A stretch of 64,000 nt of DNA from a virus, in the IMG/VR virus record IMGVR_UViG_3300046535_001151, positions 1 to 64,000 of that record. One strand, 5' to 3'. This document shows positions 1 through 11,807 of this stretch, piece after piece; within the stretch, counting starts at the first letter, position 1, and each line of letters starts with the position of its first letter. The translations under genes were made by a program, and so were the position numbers. The notes below the pieces were generated by a model, which made no database searches, had not been told where the DNA came from, and saw only the letters and a program-made list of their open reading frames with translations.

Positions 1-1700
1 GAGACAAAGACCGGATCGCTCGAGGTCAATTCCACCACCGGATTCCGAGCCCGCCCGAGACGGTTCAAATACGCCCGCGCCGTATACGCCCCGATCTTCC
101 CCGTCGCCATCTGGAGCTCGTCATCCCACGTCGCCCCACCATCCCGCGACAGCCGGAACATGACAATCGGGTTGTAGCCCTGCGTGGCGACGGTTCCTGA
201 GAGGCCATTCCCCGCCTGCATGATCAGTTCAACGCGACTGATCCGAATCCACTGATTCTGCGCAAAGGGCAGCGCGAACCGACGCAGCCGGCGAATGGGA
301 TATGAGGTCGAGACAATCGGCGGGACGGTCGCCTCCGTCACCAGCCACGTCCAACTCGTTCGCGTGGTCGAGGGTGTATCCGAGGCAATGCCCTTCAGGG
401 CGAGTCGATCCGCGACGCTCGTATAGGTCGCCACCGCATCGGATCCGACCGCCACTAAATCCGCATCCGACAACGTCACCGTGGCCGGCGTGTCCGCAAA
501 GTTTTTCCGGGTCGTAAAGGTGTAACTCTTCGCCGTGCCCGGGGCACTGTTGAACTGCATACACAGGCCGCTCAGTGAATAACTGTCAATCGGCCCCGGA
601 ATGCTCATCGAATATTCCGAGAACGGCCAGCGGTTCGGATCGTTGGTGTTGGGGGCGGGCGACCGTGCCGTGCTCCAGGCCCAGCCGCCATCATTCCCCA
701 CCGCGAAATCCGTAGACCCGTCCACAATCGGATTCGCGCTGCCCGTGTTGTAGCCGAGCGCCGACTGCCCATCAATATCCGCCGTCACCGCAATCGAATA
801 GGTCAGATAGGAGGCCGTGGGCTGCGTCCCCGCCGTCACCAACTGGGCAATTGAGAGCCGGTCCAAGACCGCAATCGGGAGCGTGAACGTCCCGAAGGCC
901 GACGTGGCGCTGCCACTGATCGTGACGCGGGTATCCACCGTGCCGCCGCTGCCATCCTGCAGGATCTCATTGAGATAGGCCGCAAATGTGCGCGTAATCC
1001 CCATCCCCGGCGGGATGTCAATGTTCACATCCAGACGCGTCACCGCGCCATTGAGGGGCACCACACTGAACGTGCCTGCATCGCCAGGGCTTGCCGTGGC
1101 CCAATCCGTCGGCCCGGTAAACGGCGCCGACAGCAGCAGATTCGTGGCCTGCACCGTGCCCGTGCTCGCGGGCGGCACCAGGGACGCATTCGCTGAGTGA
1201 CAGCCGCCGTAGGAACTTTCCCCGTCGTTGTCGCTCTCAAACGTCAGCGTCCACGCAAAGAGCGCCGTAAAGCTGTTGATCCCGACGTTCACATGACCGA
1301 CCCCGCGGTCAATCGTGACAATGTCCCCCGGCGCAATCGTGGCCGTGTCGGTCGTATTCGACGCGAACTGCAGATACCCAGGAGGAGGCGTGGCCGGCGC
1401 CGCGGCGGGCACCGTCACCGAGAGACCAGACGGGGACCCGTTCACCAGCAGCGTGAACGTCATCTCATCCCAGCCGCCGCCGGAGGGGTTCTCTTCCGGC
1501 CACATCACCTCGAAATACCAGTTTTTGAACGTCCCCGCCACCGACCAGGGATGCCCCCACGGGAACAAGTAGACATTCGGGACCGCCGTCGCCGTGCTGA
1601 AGGTTGTCCCACGTAAGGGACCATTGCAGGGCAGCACGACGTTATCGTTGGCGATCTGGCCGTTGACGCCCCAGCACTTCGAGGTAATCCACTGCTTCAC
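1..1700 (-). CDS. Virion protein (3' end beyond window): ~460-aa beta/Thr-rich N-region fused to the C-terminal part of a P22 gp10-like nozzle/DNA-stabilisation protein
   Basis: Not in the ORF track because it runs off the edge. Hand-translated from GTG at 1700 (overlaps upstream TGA), open to base 1. Ends ...YPIRRLRRFALPF...RVELIMQAG...NPIVMFRLSRDGGATW...GKIGAY..RAYLNRLGRARNPVVELTSSDPVFVS, the typical gp10 C-terminus. Confidence 0.75.
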   Translation of the reverse strand, partial: MKQWITSKCWGVNGQIANDNVVLPCNGPLRGTTFSTATAVPNVYLFPWGHPWSVAGTFKNWYFEVMWPEENPSGGGWDEMTFTLLVNGSPSGLSVTVPAAAPATPPPGYLQFASNTTDTATIAPGDIVTIDRGVGHVNVGINSFTALFAWTLTFESDNDGESSYGGCHSANASLVPPASTGTVQATNLLLSAPFTGPTDWATASPGDAGTFSVVPLNGAVTRLDVNIDIPPGMGITRTFAAYLNEILQDGSGGTVDTRVTISGSATSAFGTFTLPIAVLDRLSIAQLVTAGTQPTASYLTYSIAVTADIDGQSALGYNTGSANPIVDGSTDFAVGNDGGWAWSTARSPAPNTNDPNRWPFSEYSMSIPGPIDSYSLSGLCMQFNSAPGTAKSYTFTTRKNFADTPATVTLSDADLVAVGSDAVATYTSVADRLALKGIASDTPSTTRTSWTWLVTEATVPPIVSTSYPIRRLRRFALPFAQNQWIRISRVELIMQAGNGLSGTVATQGYNPIVMFRLSRDGGATWDDELQMATGKIGAYTARAYLNRLGRARNPVVELTSSDPVFV

Positions 1701-1867
1701 GAGGCCGCCTCGATCTGCGCCCGCATCTCAGCCGATACCAAGGTCAACACCTCGCCCAGATCCACGCCGAACCGCTCGCAGCAGGCCCGCAGCTTCTTGA
1801 CCCGTGTAGGCGTAATCGGCAGATCCGTCCGACGCGTCAGCGCGGCGGCAATCTCCGGCGCCTTCAT
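1697..1867 (-). CDS. Small hypothetical protein (56 aa)
   Basis: ATGA overlap with upstream stop and GTGA overlap with downstream start; MKAPEIAAALTRR... Confidence 0.55.
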   Translation of the reverse strand: MKAPEIAAALTRRTDLPITPTRVKKLRACCERFGVDLGEVLTLVSAEMRAQIEAAS

Positions 1868-2997
1868 ACCGGCGCCACGATCTCGTCGGTGACAAACGCC
1901 ATGCTCATCTCATAGATCGCGCCCGAGAGCCGGTCCCCCACGTAGTGCTTCCCAAATTCAAAGACATGCGACCCAGCGACATGCGGCAACCAGACCGCGT
2001 TCGTGGTATCCCAGATGTTCCACTCCGCCCACGTATTCATCGTGATATCGAAGAGCCACGTCCGATCATTGCGCGGCAGGAGCAGCGCCACAAAGATGTG
2101 GCCGTTCATCTGAAAGGAGAACGTCACCGCGTCCGTCGGCACGTCCTGCATCTGCACTTGCTGCTCGAGGCCAAACGTGGAGACGCGCTGCGGGGTGTAG
2201 CCGTCGGCCCGGTTCATCATGCCCCAGCCATCCACGCTGCTCCCGAGCCAGAAGATTGTGTTGTCCGCCCGGTGCACGGAGAAGGGCCCAAGGACCCCAA
2301 ACTCAAGCACCACGCCAGAAACCGGCGCGAAGATCTCCGACGCCACCCCCGTGTTTACGTACACTTGACTAGTCTGCCCGCCCATGAACCAAATCTCTTC
2401 ATGGCTGCGAATCATGGCGCCGAGATTATCCGCCGTGCTCGAGCGTTCCGCCACGTCCAGCGGATCCCACGTCAGAAAGTCTTCAAGGTTCGACCACGAG
2501 AACGACCGCGACCCGCCACCCTGCAGGGCCATCCCATAGCCGTTCAGAAATTCCACCATGCGCGTCGGCACAGGGAAATCGGGATCGGTAATCTGCACGA
2601 AGACGTTGGTCAGCGTGTTGTAGACATACCCATCCCCGCCAGAGGAGAACATGATCTGATTGCCGGCCGTCCCATTGGAGCAGAACGACACCGGCTCGCT
2701 GTCGTTGGTCACCGTGTAGGTCGTGCCAATGGTCCCATCTGAGAACCACTCGCCAAACAAGGCCCCGCCCACCGCAAACGCTCGCCCATTGATCGAGAAG
2801 AGACCACGAATCGGCTGATCGGGCCAGACCAGCAAGGGATGGATCCCCGGCGTGCCCTGCAGATACTTCGGGGCTTTCGCATTCCCGCCGGGCTGCGTGG
2901 ATTCGGTGAACTCGTTGATCGTGCGCCCGATCTGCGCTTGCGGGCTACGCTCCGTGTTAGAGCCGTCCACGAAGCCGGGCACGCTGATGCGAGGCAC
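1864..2997 (-). CDS. P22 gp10-like packaged-DNA stabilisation/tail nozzle protein, N-terminal beta-propeller part
   Basis: GTG at 2997 with GGGAG RBS; motifs LQGTPG, VSFCSNG, VEFLNGY, FSWSNLED..TWDPLDVAE, RVSTFGLE, FSFQMNGHIF, TWLFDITMNTWAE, YVGDRLSGAIYEM. Confidence 0.75.
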   Translation of the reverse strand: MPRISVPGFVDGSNTERSPQAQIGRTINEFTESTQPGGNAKAPKYLQGTPGIHPLLVWPDQPIRGLFSINGRAFAVGGALFGEWFSDGTIGTTYTVTNDSEPVSFCSNGTAGNQIMFSSGGDGYVYNTLTNVFVQITDPDFPVPTRMVEFLNGYGMALQGGGSRSFSWSNLEDFLTWDPLDVAERSSTADNLGAMIRSHEEIWFMGGQTSQVYVNTGVASEIFAPVSGVVLEFGVLGPFSVHRADNTIFWLGSSVDGWGMMNRADGYTPQRVSTFGLEQQVQMQDVPTDAVTFSFQMNGHIFVALLLPRNDRTWLFDITMNTWAEWNIWDTTNAVWLPHVAGSHVFEFGKHYVGDRLSGAIYEMSMAFVTDEIVAPV

Positions 2998-3110
2998 TAG
3001 CCGACTCCCATCAGCGGCAGCAAATGTAAGGTGCCCGGCGTCGGCGGCGTCGAGCCGACCGCTTGCGCGTAGAGCGCGAAATAGCCGCCCCCAAAGGGAA
3101 AGCCCCCCAT
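2997..3110 (-). CDS. 37-aa small virion-associated peptide
   Basis: MGGFPFGGGYFALYAQAVGSTPPTPGTLHLLPLMGVG*; exactly fills the gap, with stop/start overlaps on both sides. Confidence 0.5.
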   Translation of the reverse strand: MGGFPFGGGYFALYAQAVGSTPPTPGTLHLLPLMGVG

Positions 3111-3676
3111 TAGGCGACCACCTCCTGCCGAAGCAGGCCGCACCGCTGCTCAACCAGCGGAATGTAATCGTAATGCCCCGGTTGCATGGACAACCGATCC
3201 GGCGCCCATGCCGACGGCAGATCCTCAATCGGCAGGTCGAGGCGCGTCTGCGGATACGACAGCCACGTCATAATCCGCTCCGTCTCACGTTTGTAGACGT
3301 GATCCTCGCCGTAGACCTGCCGATACTGATCGAGCACCTGGATCGTGCGCTTCGGGAAGATTGACCCCCAGCCGAGCAGCGCGATCCGGCTCGTGGCATA
3401 GGACGCCAAGTGCGATGGCTTCATGGCGCACGTAATGCGGTTCGGTTCCGCCGCGGCCAGCAACTCCGCTATCGGTGCAAGACAGTCGTCATCCTGGTAA
3501 TACAGATAATCGTGCTGCGCCTTGGCGAAGAGGTCCTGCTTCCGGTGCGGGCTGTCGCAGTTGGTGAGAAACAGGCACTCCCCGAAGCCCACCGCCATCA
3601 CGCGGTCCACGATCACCTGCGGATAGACGGGATCCTTCGTGATCAGAGCGCAGGAGACGTTACGCGGGTTTAGCAT
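3110..3676 (-). CDS. Short GT-A (family 2-like) glycosyltransferase
   Basis: AQHDYLYYQDDDC DxD motif following a beta strand; lies in glycosylation cluster. Confidence 0.55.
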   Translation of the reverse strand: MLNPRNVSCALITKDPVYPQVIVDRVMAVGFGECLFLTNCDSPHRKQDLFAKAQHDYLYYQDDDCLAPIAELLAAAEPNRITCAMKPSHLASYATSRIALLGWGSIFPKRTIQVLDQYRQVYGEDHVYKRETERIMTWLSYPQTRLDLPIEDLPSAWAPDRLSMQPGHYDYIPLVEQRCGLLRQEVVA

Positions 3677-4265
3677 ATGTCTCAGTCATGCGGTGACACG
3701 GCACACAAAGCGTTCTTCCGTTTCGAACATCCCATAGCCGATCACATTGGAGAGCCGCCTCGATTGAGGTGACCCTGCATTCATCTAATATTTTAGCGAA
3801 TGGATAAATGTGATCGGCATGTAGATCCGCGCCTGTGATTCCGCACTTCAAACAGGTATGGTTGTCCCTCGCGTAGACAGCCTTGCGCCATTCACGGTAT
3901 TCGAATATCTGCCTGATTTGTCTGCTGAGGCGAGTCTTTCCGTCCTTCCAGTTCCAATGCTTTGGTCCTTTTACGTTGAGGCCGCGAAGACGGCGCGCCT
4001 CGCTGCTTAGATTCATTGATCTACCCATCCGAGCAGCGCTCATCTTTGCCTTCGTGGCGTCAGACATTGGCGCTCTCATCCGGCCGGATAGACTCATCTT
4101 CTTTCTTGTTTCTTCACTTGGAATGCGCCCGGATTTACCCACCAAAGCGGCAGCTATCTTGGCCTTCCACTCTGGAGACATCGGCGGCCTTTTCTTGCCG
4201 CTCCAAGGACCTAGACCCTTCTTCCAGTAACCGTCGTTTCCGGGCTGACCGGGCTGCAGGCTCAT
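3660..4265 (-). mobile_element. Free-standing HNH homing endonuclease with NUMOD3 DNA-binding repeats
   Basis: SEETRKKMS / SDATKAKMSAARMG (NUMOD3); CLKCG...LHADHIYPF...NGRTLCVPCH; ATG at 4265 overlaps upstream TGA. Confidence 0.85.
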
Positions 4266-5536
4266 GCGCCCACCACGTCGATGGTCGGCAGCGGGAAGAT
4301 CAGCTTGCCGCCACGCGCCAAGAAGGCCGCTTCGCGCTCGATGATGAAGTCGCGGAAGTGCCATGGCAGGACCAGAAAGTAATCCGGCTGCTGCGCATGC
4401 GCCTCCGCTTCCGAGACAATCGGGATGTGCGTCCCAGGCGTCACGCAGCCATGCTTGTCGGGATTGACATCCGCGATGCACGGTAGGTCATCAGCCGTCA
4501 AGCCGCAGGCTTGCAGCAGGACGTTGCCCTTTGTGGAGGCGCCGTAGCCGAATACCGTCTTGCCAGCCGCTCGCAGCGAGCGAATCAGCGCCGGCAGTTC
4601 GACGCGATGCCGTGCCACGGCCGATTGGAAGGCTGCGAAGCCGTCAGGCTCGTCCAGTCCACGACGACGCTCCGCGCCCAGGAGCAGCGCAAGATTGGCG
4701 CTATCTGAGCGATGCCGAGACTGCCGATGCGCGAACGTGACGGCTAATGATCCGCCGTTGGTGTCATTCTGCGTGGCCTCGATGATCCGCAGGTCTGCGC
4801 GGTCAGCCATCCACTGCAACTGCGTCAGGCCGTAATACTCCAGATGCTCGTGGCAGATCGTGTCATAGGCGCACTGGTCAAGCAGGGCCGGCAGGTAGCT
4901 CTGTTCCGTATACCAGATGCCATCATCGGCCAGAATGCGCGACACCGACTGCATGAACTCGAGTGGGCAATCAAGGTCATAGAGCATGGCGACCGAGGTC
5001 ACGATGCGCGCTGATTGGTCGCCCATGATCTGACGATACCGAGCCGCCGAAAAGAACTCAGTCACCGGCTGGATATGCGGCGCGTAGAACCGGCCAAACT
5101 TCGCCGCCGTCGGGTCCATGCCGAGAAACTTCTGGCCCATGTTCTCATAGGACCCGAGCAGCGTGCCGTCATTGCTGCCAATGTCCAGCACCACATCGCC
5201 GGCCCGCGTCGGACACCGCTTCTCCAGCGAGGCCGCAATGCCGGCCAAGTGCCGCACCATCGAGCCGTTCAACCCAGACCGATAGCCGTAGTGCTCGCCA
5301 TACATCAGCGAAGGCGCGTAACTCTGCCGCAACTGCACCAAGCCGCCATCAGGACACAACACCAGTTCGACCGGCCCGCTGGGCACCTCGACGCCCGGCT
5401 TCGGGAAGATGCCGGTCAGGGCCATCTCTCCGAGGTCCAGCAGGGACACAAGGTCCCGGCTGCCCGTCATCCGACAGGCGTCAATCTCCCGGTAGACCGA
5501 CGTTACCGGACGGGATAGGGTCGCAGTGCGGGCCAT
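4262..5536 (-). CDS. NDP-hexose C-methyltransferase (TylCIII/TcaB9-like, Methyltransf_13/23/14 architecture), copy 1
   Basis: YGYRSG, VLDIGSNDGTLL, YDTICHEHLEYY, NGGS, YGASTKGNVLL, KHGCVTPGTHIPI, LVLPWHF, GGKLIFPLP. Confidence 0.9.
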   Translation of the reverse strand: MARTATLSRPVTSVYREIDACRMTGSRDLVSLLDLGEMALTGIFPKPGVEVPSGPVELVLCPDGGLVQLRQSYAPSLMYGEHYGYRSGLNGSMVRHLAGIAASLEKRCPTRAGDVVLDIGSNDGTLLGSYENMGQKFLGMDPTAAKFGRFYAPHIQPVTEFFSAARYRQIMGDQSARIVTSVAMLYDLDCPLEFMQSVSRILADDGIWYTEQSYLPALLDQCAYDTICHEHLEYYGLTQLQWMADRADLRIIEATQNDTNGGSLAVTFAHRQSRHRSDSANLALLLGAERRRGLDEPDGFAAFQSAVARHRVELPALIRSLRAAGKTVFGYGASTKGNVLLQACGLTADDLPCIADVNPDKHGCVTPGTHIPIVSEAEAHAQQPDYFLVLPWHFRDFIIEREAAFLARGGKLIFPLPTIDVVGA

Positions 5537-6327
5537 GTTTTCGTGCTCAGGAAATGAAAGTAGGCAATCTCCCGCCCAAAGAAGCCCCGCCACGCGGGGT
5601 AATGTGTCAGCGGCGCAAAGTCATCGTTAAAGCACTCAATCAACGCGCCATCCGGCGCCAAGGAGAGATTCGGCGTCGGCTGATGCTGAATCAGCCGGTC
5701 GTAGCTATGCACCGCGAAATACGGCGGATGGCCGAAGCGAATCTGCCCCGCGTCCGCGAGCTGCCGCACAATCAGGTCGAAATAAATCTCATCAAACCCG
5801 AAGATCGGCCGCCCATTGACCTGGAACATCTCCTCCCAGTGCGGGACGAGCCGGTAGAGCGCATTGATCCGCGGCTCGTTCTTGTAGAGGCACCACAGGC
5901 TGTTGACGTGATGGTGATCGTCGGACCAGAGGTCATACTGTGCCAGTGTCTCGTCGGGCAGGAAGTGATCCAGTCGGCCGTAGAGCACATCCCAGTTGGT
6001 GATGCTCCAGTAGTCACAGTCGGTGAGGAGGTCCGCGAACAACTCCCCGAAGGCTGGGTAATAATCACTCAGGAGCTTCACCGGCAGGAAGTCGGCATCA
6101 AGGAAGTTGCCCGAGTCCACGCCAGTGATCGCTTTCACCCGCGCATCGAACTGCGCGAACGTCATCGGCACAATCTCGACGTTCGGGCTCTTCGACGTAT
6201 AGCTATGCGGCGTGAGAATCTTCCACGACCAGCCATAGGGCGCAAGGCTACCGATGTGCTCGAGATATTGCTCCGTCCACGGGAAGGGCGGCCCGAACTG
6301 CGGCAGGAGAAAGGTCTTTCTCAGCAC
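5503..6327 (-). CDS. DUF6625-like putative glycosyltransferase (family seen in polysaccharide loci)
   Basis: PQFGPPFPW; KLLSDYYPAFGELF.D.L..CDYWSITNWDVLYGRL; FDE; YFHF. Confidence 0.65.
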   Translation of the reverse strand: MLRKTFLLPQFGPPFPWTEQYLEHIGSLAPYGWSWKILTPHSYTSKSPNVEIVPMTFAQFDARVKAITGVDSGNFLDADFLPVKLLSDYYPAFGELFADLLTDCDYWSITNWDVLYGRLDHFLPDETLAQYDLWSDDHHHVNSLWCLYKNEPRINALYRLVPHWEEMFQVNGRPIFGFDEIYFDLIVRQLADAGQIRFGHPPYFAVHSYDRLIQHQPTPNLSLAPDGALIECFNDDFAPLTHYPAWRGFFGREIAYFHFLSTKTWPALRPYPVR

Positions 6328-7370
6328 GTGACCTTCCGATAGCGCACCCGCAGCGACTGCGCCCGCTTCACGCCGTCCTCTTCGACTTGCCAGTTCAGCA
6401 GATCCGCACTGACCTTCTTGAAACCGCCCTGAATGCCTTCAAAGGCCCGATCCTTCGCCCAGCGATGGGAGTCCACGTCGAAATGCTCGAAGACCTGCGC
6501 GTTCCAGTGGGACAGATGACTCGGGGAGCCGTAGGCATTCCGGCTGCCGGCGTTCGGCACGTAGTGCTCCATGACGCCCCCCGGCACGAGCACCCGGTTG
6601 ACTTCGTTGATCACCGCCACCCGACGCTCAGGCGGCAGATGCTCGAGGAAGTCCTCCGAGAACACATAATCGACGCTGGCGTCATCCAGCGGCAACGGTT
6701 CGGCCACGATGTCGCAGCGCGTAAAGAAGCTGCTGGGCACCGCCGGCGCTTTCCGGTCCACGTTGACCCAGCCGGGGAAGATGCGCGTACCACACCCGAG
6801 ATGCAGCCGGGAGAAGCCAGACAGCCACTCGCTGCGCCCTTCGACGGCCCGGAAGTGCATCGGGTTGACCCGCAGTTGGCTCTCATAACAGATCAACGCC
6901 TGCAGCTTCTGCTGATACTCGGGGCGCGTCCACTCCACTTCCGTCGTGCCCACCGGCTGCAGATCGACATCCCGATACTGACTGAGCTTCTGATAGGTCG
7001 CATAGCACTGTAGGGTCTCCGTCCCGAAGACCGCCGCCGCCGCAAGACTGACCAGATCATGGTGGGGATGCCCGCCCTCGAGCGCCGGGGCATACACCGT
7101 TTCCACGTCCGGCAGCGTGCCGAAGGCCGCGATCAGCGCCGCCATCGTCAACCCGTCGTCCGGCAGGCCGAGGCGCCGCGTCTGACAACCCAGCACCGCA
7201 TGGGCCTTCTCGGTCTCTTCCGCCCGTTCCTCCGCGGAACAGCCGGTCTCGCCACGCGCCGGCTGCACGACGGAATCCGTCACCACGACCACCGTCGGCT
7301 GCTCCCGTAGGCACGTCACGGCCGCAAAGAGCGCCGAATCGTCGTCATGAGGCGACAGGAGATAGTTCAT
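6321..7370 (-). CDS. PIG-L/LmbE-family N-deacetylase fused to class I SAM methyltransferase
   Basis: N-term LSPHDDDS and GHPHH metal motifs, K..AL.CY.SQ; C-term LHLGCG...WVNVD...DASVDYVFSEDFLEHL...RVLVPGG. Confidence 0.8.
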   Translation of the reverse strand: MNYLLSPHDDDSALFAAVTCLREQPTVVVVTDSVVQPARGETGCSAEERAEETEKAHAVLGCQTRRLGLPDDGLTMAALIAAFGTLPDVETVYAPALEGGHPHHDLVSLAAAAVFGTETLQCYATYQKLSQYRDVDLQPVGTTEVEWTRPEYQQKLQALICYESQLRVNPMHFRAVEGRSEWLSGFSRLHLGCGTRIFPGWVNVDRKAPAVPSSFFTRCDIVAEPLPLDDASVDYVFSEDFLEHLPPERRVAVINEVNRVLVPGGVMEHYVPNAGSRNAYGSPSHLSHWNAQVFEHFDVDSHRWAKDRAFEGIQGGFKKVSADLLNWQVEEDGVKRAQSLRVRYRKVTC

Positions 7371-8256
7371 GTGCGCAGAAAGAGCACGCCGTCGTTATCC
7401 GCCGTCTCCGCCATCCGCTTCCACTGATCCGCGTTCTTCTGCCAGCGGGGATTATTGGACCCGTCCCCTGCCAGTTCCGCCATGAACAGCACCGCTTCCT
7501 TGAAGCGAGGATTGATGATCAGGCATTGCACCAGCGCATCCCGCGCATCATCCGGCATGTGCAGCGCCCAATAGACCCGGGACATCGTCAGGAAGGCTTC
7601 GGCCTTCTCCGCGAGGAACCGGGACTGCTGGACGTAGCGCCCGAGCATCACCAGGGCTTGGTCATACTGGCCCCGGTAGAAGTATTCCCGGCCTAAATAG
7701 AACCGCTCGCGGATGCAATCGGGCCGATCCGCCACTTCCTTCTCCAGAATCCGCATCGAGCGCAGGGGATCCAGGGTGTGGGCCGGCGAATAGCCGTAGG
7801 TCAGTGTCACCGCGCCCACGTCCTCGCCCATCACGGAGATATGGTTATGAATCGCGCCTTCCCACCAGACATTCGGGGAGCGCAGAAAGAGCCGGGGGAA
7901 CCAGAAGTGGGACGGCGGGCCAGATTCGGCCGTCATCTTGACGTTGACCGCCATAAACCCCTTCGCCACCGCTTCGCGCACCGCGCTGAAGGGACAGGTC
8001 AGGTATTCATCGGCGTCAATCGAGAGCACCCAGTCGCCCGTGGCCTTGCTGAGCGCATGGTTCCGCGCCTTGGCGAAGTTGTCCTCCCAGACGTAATCCG
8101 TGAAGACCTTGTCCGTGAACTGCTGCGCAATCTCGATGGTGCGATCCGTGGAGCCTGTATCGCAAATGATAATCTCGTCGGCTTCTTTCACCGACTCCAG
8201 ACAGCGGGCCAGCACCGCCTCTTCGTTCTTGCAAATCATCACCACCGAGACGCGCA

Positions 8257-8257
<1 letters not shown>
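7367..8257 (-). CDS. GT2 glycosyltransferase with C-terminal TPR (SunS/SgtA-type protein O-glycosyltransferase)
   Basis: SVVMICKNEE..LARCLES, DTGSTDRT, W.DNFAKARN, DWVLSIDADE, WEGAIHN, FYLGREYF TPR; start overlaps the collagen gene stop (TAATG). Confidence 0.9.
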
Positions 8258-10116
<1,859 letters not shown>

Positions 10117-10117
10117 G

Positions 10118-10936
10118 TTAGTTCGGGATCAGAAAGAACGTTTTGCCCGTCGTGACTGCGGGCACATGGAAGAACGTGCGATTACTGGGCGTCCAATACA
10201 GATCCCAGCGCGTCGGAGGGTTATACAGCCGGAAGACTTCCTCGTCGGTCAGCTTGCGCGTCCACTGCTGAATACATTCATAGAAGCAATCCGGCACGGA
10301 GCCGCCACCGGATGGATTCGATCCGAAGGCGGTCGTAATCACCCCGGAGAAGTCCCACGTGGATCCGCCACCCGGCGCACCCGTGCCCATCAGCACGCCA
10401 TTGAGCCAGCCGTCATAGGACGTGCTCACGGCGCCGCCATTACTCTGCCCACGCAGCACAATATCCCAGCGCGTCCCCGCCGTCAGCGGATTGAGGGCCG
10501 TGGCGATATTCACCGTGGTCAACTGAAACCCCGAAAACGTCACGATCCCGCTGCTATTCAGGAACGCGCTATTGGTGCGGCCGGGATCATCCAAGAGCGC
10601 CGTAAACGCACCGGGATAGTTCATCACCGTAAACACGAGGCGCTGTGTCCAGGTGCTCACCTTCGTCACATCACCCGTGCCGCCACCGACGAGCACCAGC
10701 GCCGATCCGCCCGTGGCATAGAAGCTCGATCCGCCCACGAAGGGATTGGGCAGAATCGTCGCCGTGCCCCCTGACCCAAAGCCCGTCTCGCCCGTGGGTT
10801 CCCCGTAGTCGTTGATCAGGCCATTCGCGTTCGGCTCCACCCAGGAGAGGAGTCCCTGCGCCAGCGACGAATCTTTGTTGACGCCATAAATCACGGGCGG
10901 CCGCGTGCCCGCTCGGCTCGGCAGTCTCAGGAACAT
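10118..10936 (-). CDS. LamG/concanavalin-like virion protein
   Basis: Beta-rich; YDGWLNGVL and C-terminal [16 protein letters not shown] LamG-type signature. Confidence 0.55.
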   Translation of the reverse strand: MFLRLPSRAGTRPPVIYGVNKDSSLAQGLLSWVEPNANGLINDYGEPTGETGFGSGGTATILPNPFVGGSSFYATGGSALVLVGGGTGDVTKVSTWTQRLVFTVMNYPGAFTALLDDPGRTNSAFLNSSGIVTFSGFQLTTVNIATALNPLTAGTRWDIVLRGQSNGGAVSTSYDGWLNGVLMGTGAPGGGSTWDFSGVITTAFGSNPSGGGSVPDCFYECIQQWTRKLTDEEVFRLYNPPTRWDLYWTPSNRTFFHVPAVTTGKTFFLIPN

Positions 10937-10937
10937 C

Positions 10938-11447
10938 TTAGACGCCCTGCCACTGCACGCCCTGGATGTCAATGGCGTGGTTGCCGCCCGTCGCGTTCAG
11001 GTTCGCATCCGTGTTATGGGCGACGAAGAACACCACTTTCTGCGGCAGGATGCCCCCAAAGAGCGCCGCCACGGATTCGTTGCTGAAGTAATAGGTGCGA
11101 TTGCTGGTCGAGTCAATCAGCATCGCCTTGAGAATCTTCACCGCGCCGGTCTGCACGTTCACTGAGGTGAAGGTTTTCGCCGCATCCCCCGCGCCGGTAA
11201 TCACGTCGGGATAGGCATTCGCTTGCGCGTCCCACGCGGCCACATAGATATTGATCTGCGTGCTGACCGTCGGCGTGGTGCCCGTCGTAATCTTCCCCGA
11301 GACGAGTAGATCGTCGTAGAGGTTCGACGTGTTATCGATCTCGCTTGACTGGCGCCCGGCCGTCCAGTCGTTGGACTCTGCCAGCGAGGCCAGCGTAATC
11401 GTGACCGCGGCACCGGATGCGTAGCTTGGCTTGAACGTGGTCGCCAC
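10938..11447 (-). CDS. Putative virion protein
   Basis: Thr/Ala beta-rich ORF in tail region, tightly packed. Confidence 0.55.
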   Translation of the reverse strand: MATTFKPSYASGAAVTITLASLAESNDWTAGRQSSEIDNTSNLYDDLLVSGKITTGTTPTVSTQINIYVAAWDAQANAYPDVITGAGDAAKTFTSVNVQTGAVKILKAMLIDSTSNRTYYFSNESVAALFGGILPQKVVFFVAHNTDANLNATGGNHAIDIQGVQWQGV

Positions 11448-11807
11448 TTAGACTCCCTGCGGCGTCCACGCCGTCCCGTTATAGAACGTGCCGTAGCGAT
11501 TCCACGTGGTGAGTGCCGTGATCTGCGCTTGATAGTCCGTCTGACGGGTCACGAGTTCCGCCTGAATCTGCGGCAGCGTCTGCCCCCCGCCGCCCGTCAG
11601 CACGGACGTGATTTCAACGACCGCACCACTGACGAGCGCGGACGCATCAGGATCCGTATCCGGGGCCAACGGCTGAAACGGGCTTTTATACCCGGGCTTC
11701 GCATACAACGGCTGCCGCGCCACCGCCACATCCGCCCGCAGGAGATACGTATAGACCGGAGGACTCGTCGATTGCTGCAGGAGGATGATAATCGGCCGTG
11801 CGGGCAT
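11448..11807 (-). CDS. Hypothetical virion protein
   Basis: ATG overlapping upstream TAA; operon packing. Confidence 0.5.
   Translation of the reverse strand: MPARPIIILLQQSTSPPVYTYLLRADVAVARQPLYAKPGYKSPFQPLAPDTDPDASALVSGAVVEITSVLTGGGGQTLPQIQAELVTRQTDYQAQITALTTWNRYGTFYNGTAWTPQGV

Noticed and set aside
1697-1867. Stop-codon reassignment or frameshift joining the gp10 halves
   Set aside because: The halves are in different frames about 1.5 kb apart, and all three stop codons terminate genes normally elsewhere
3660-4265. Group I intron around the HNH gene
   Set aside because: Flanking genes are complete and overlap the HNH ORF, leaving no room for a ribozyme core
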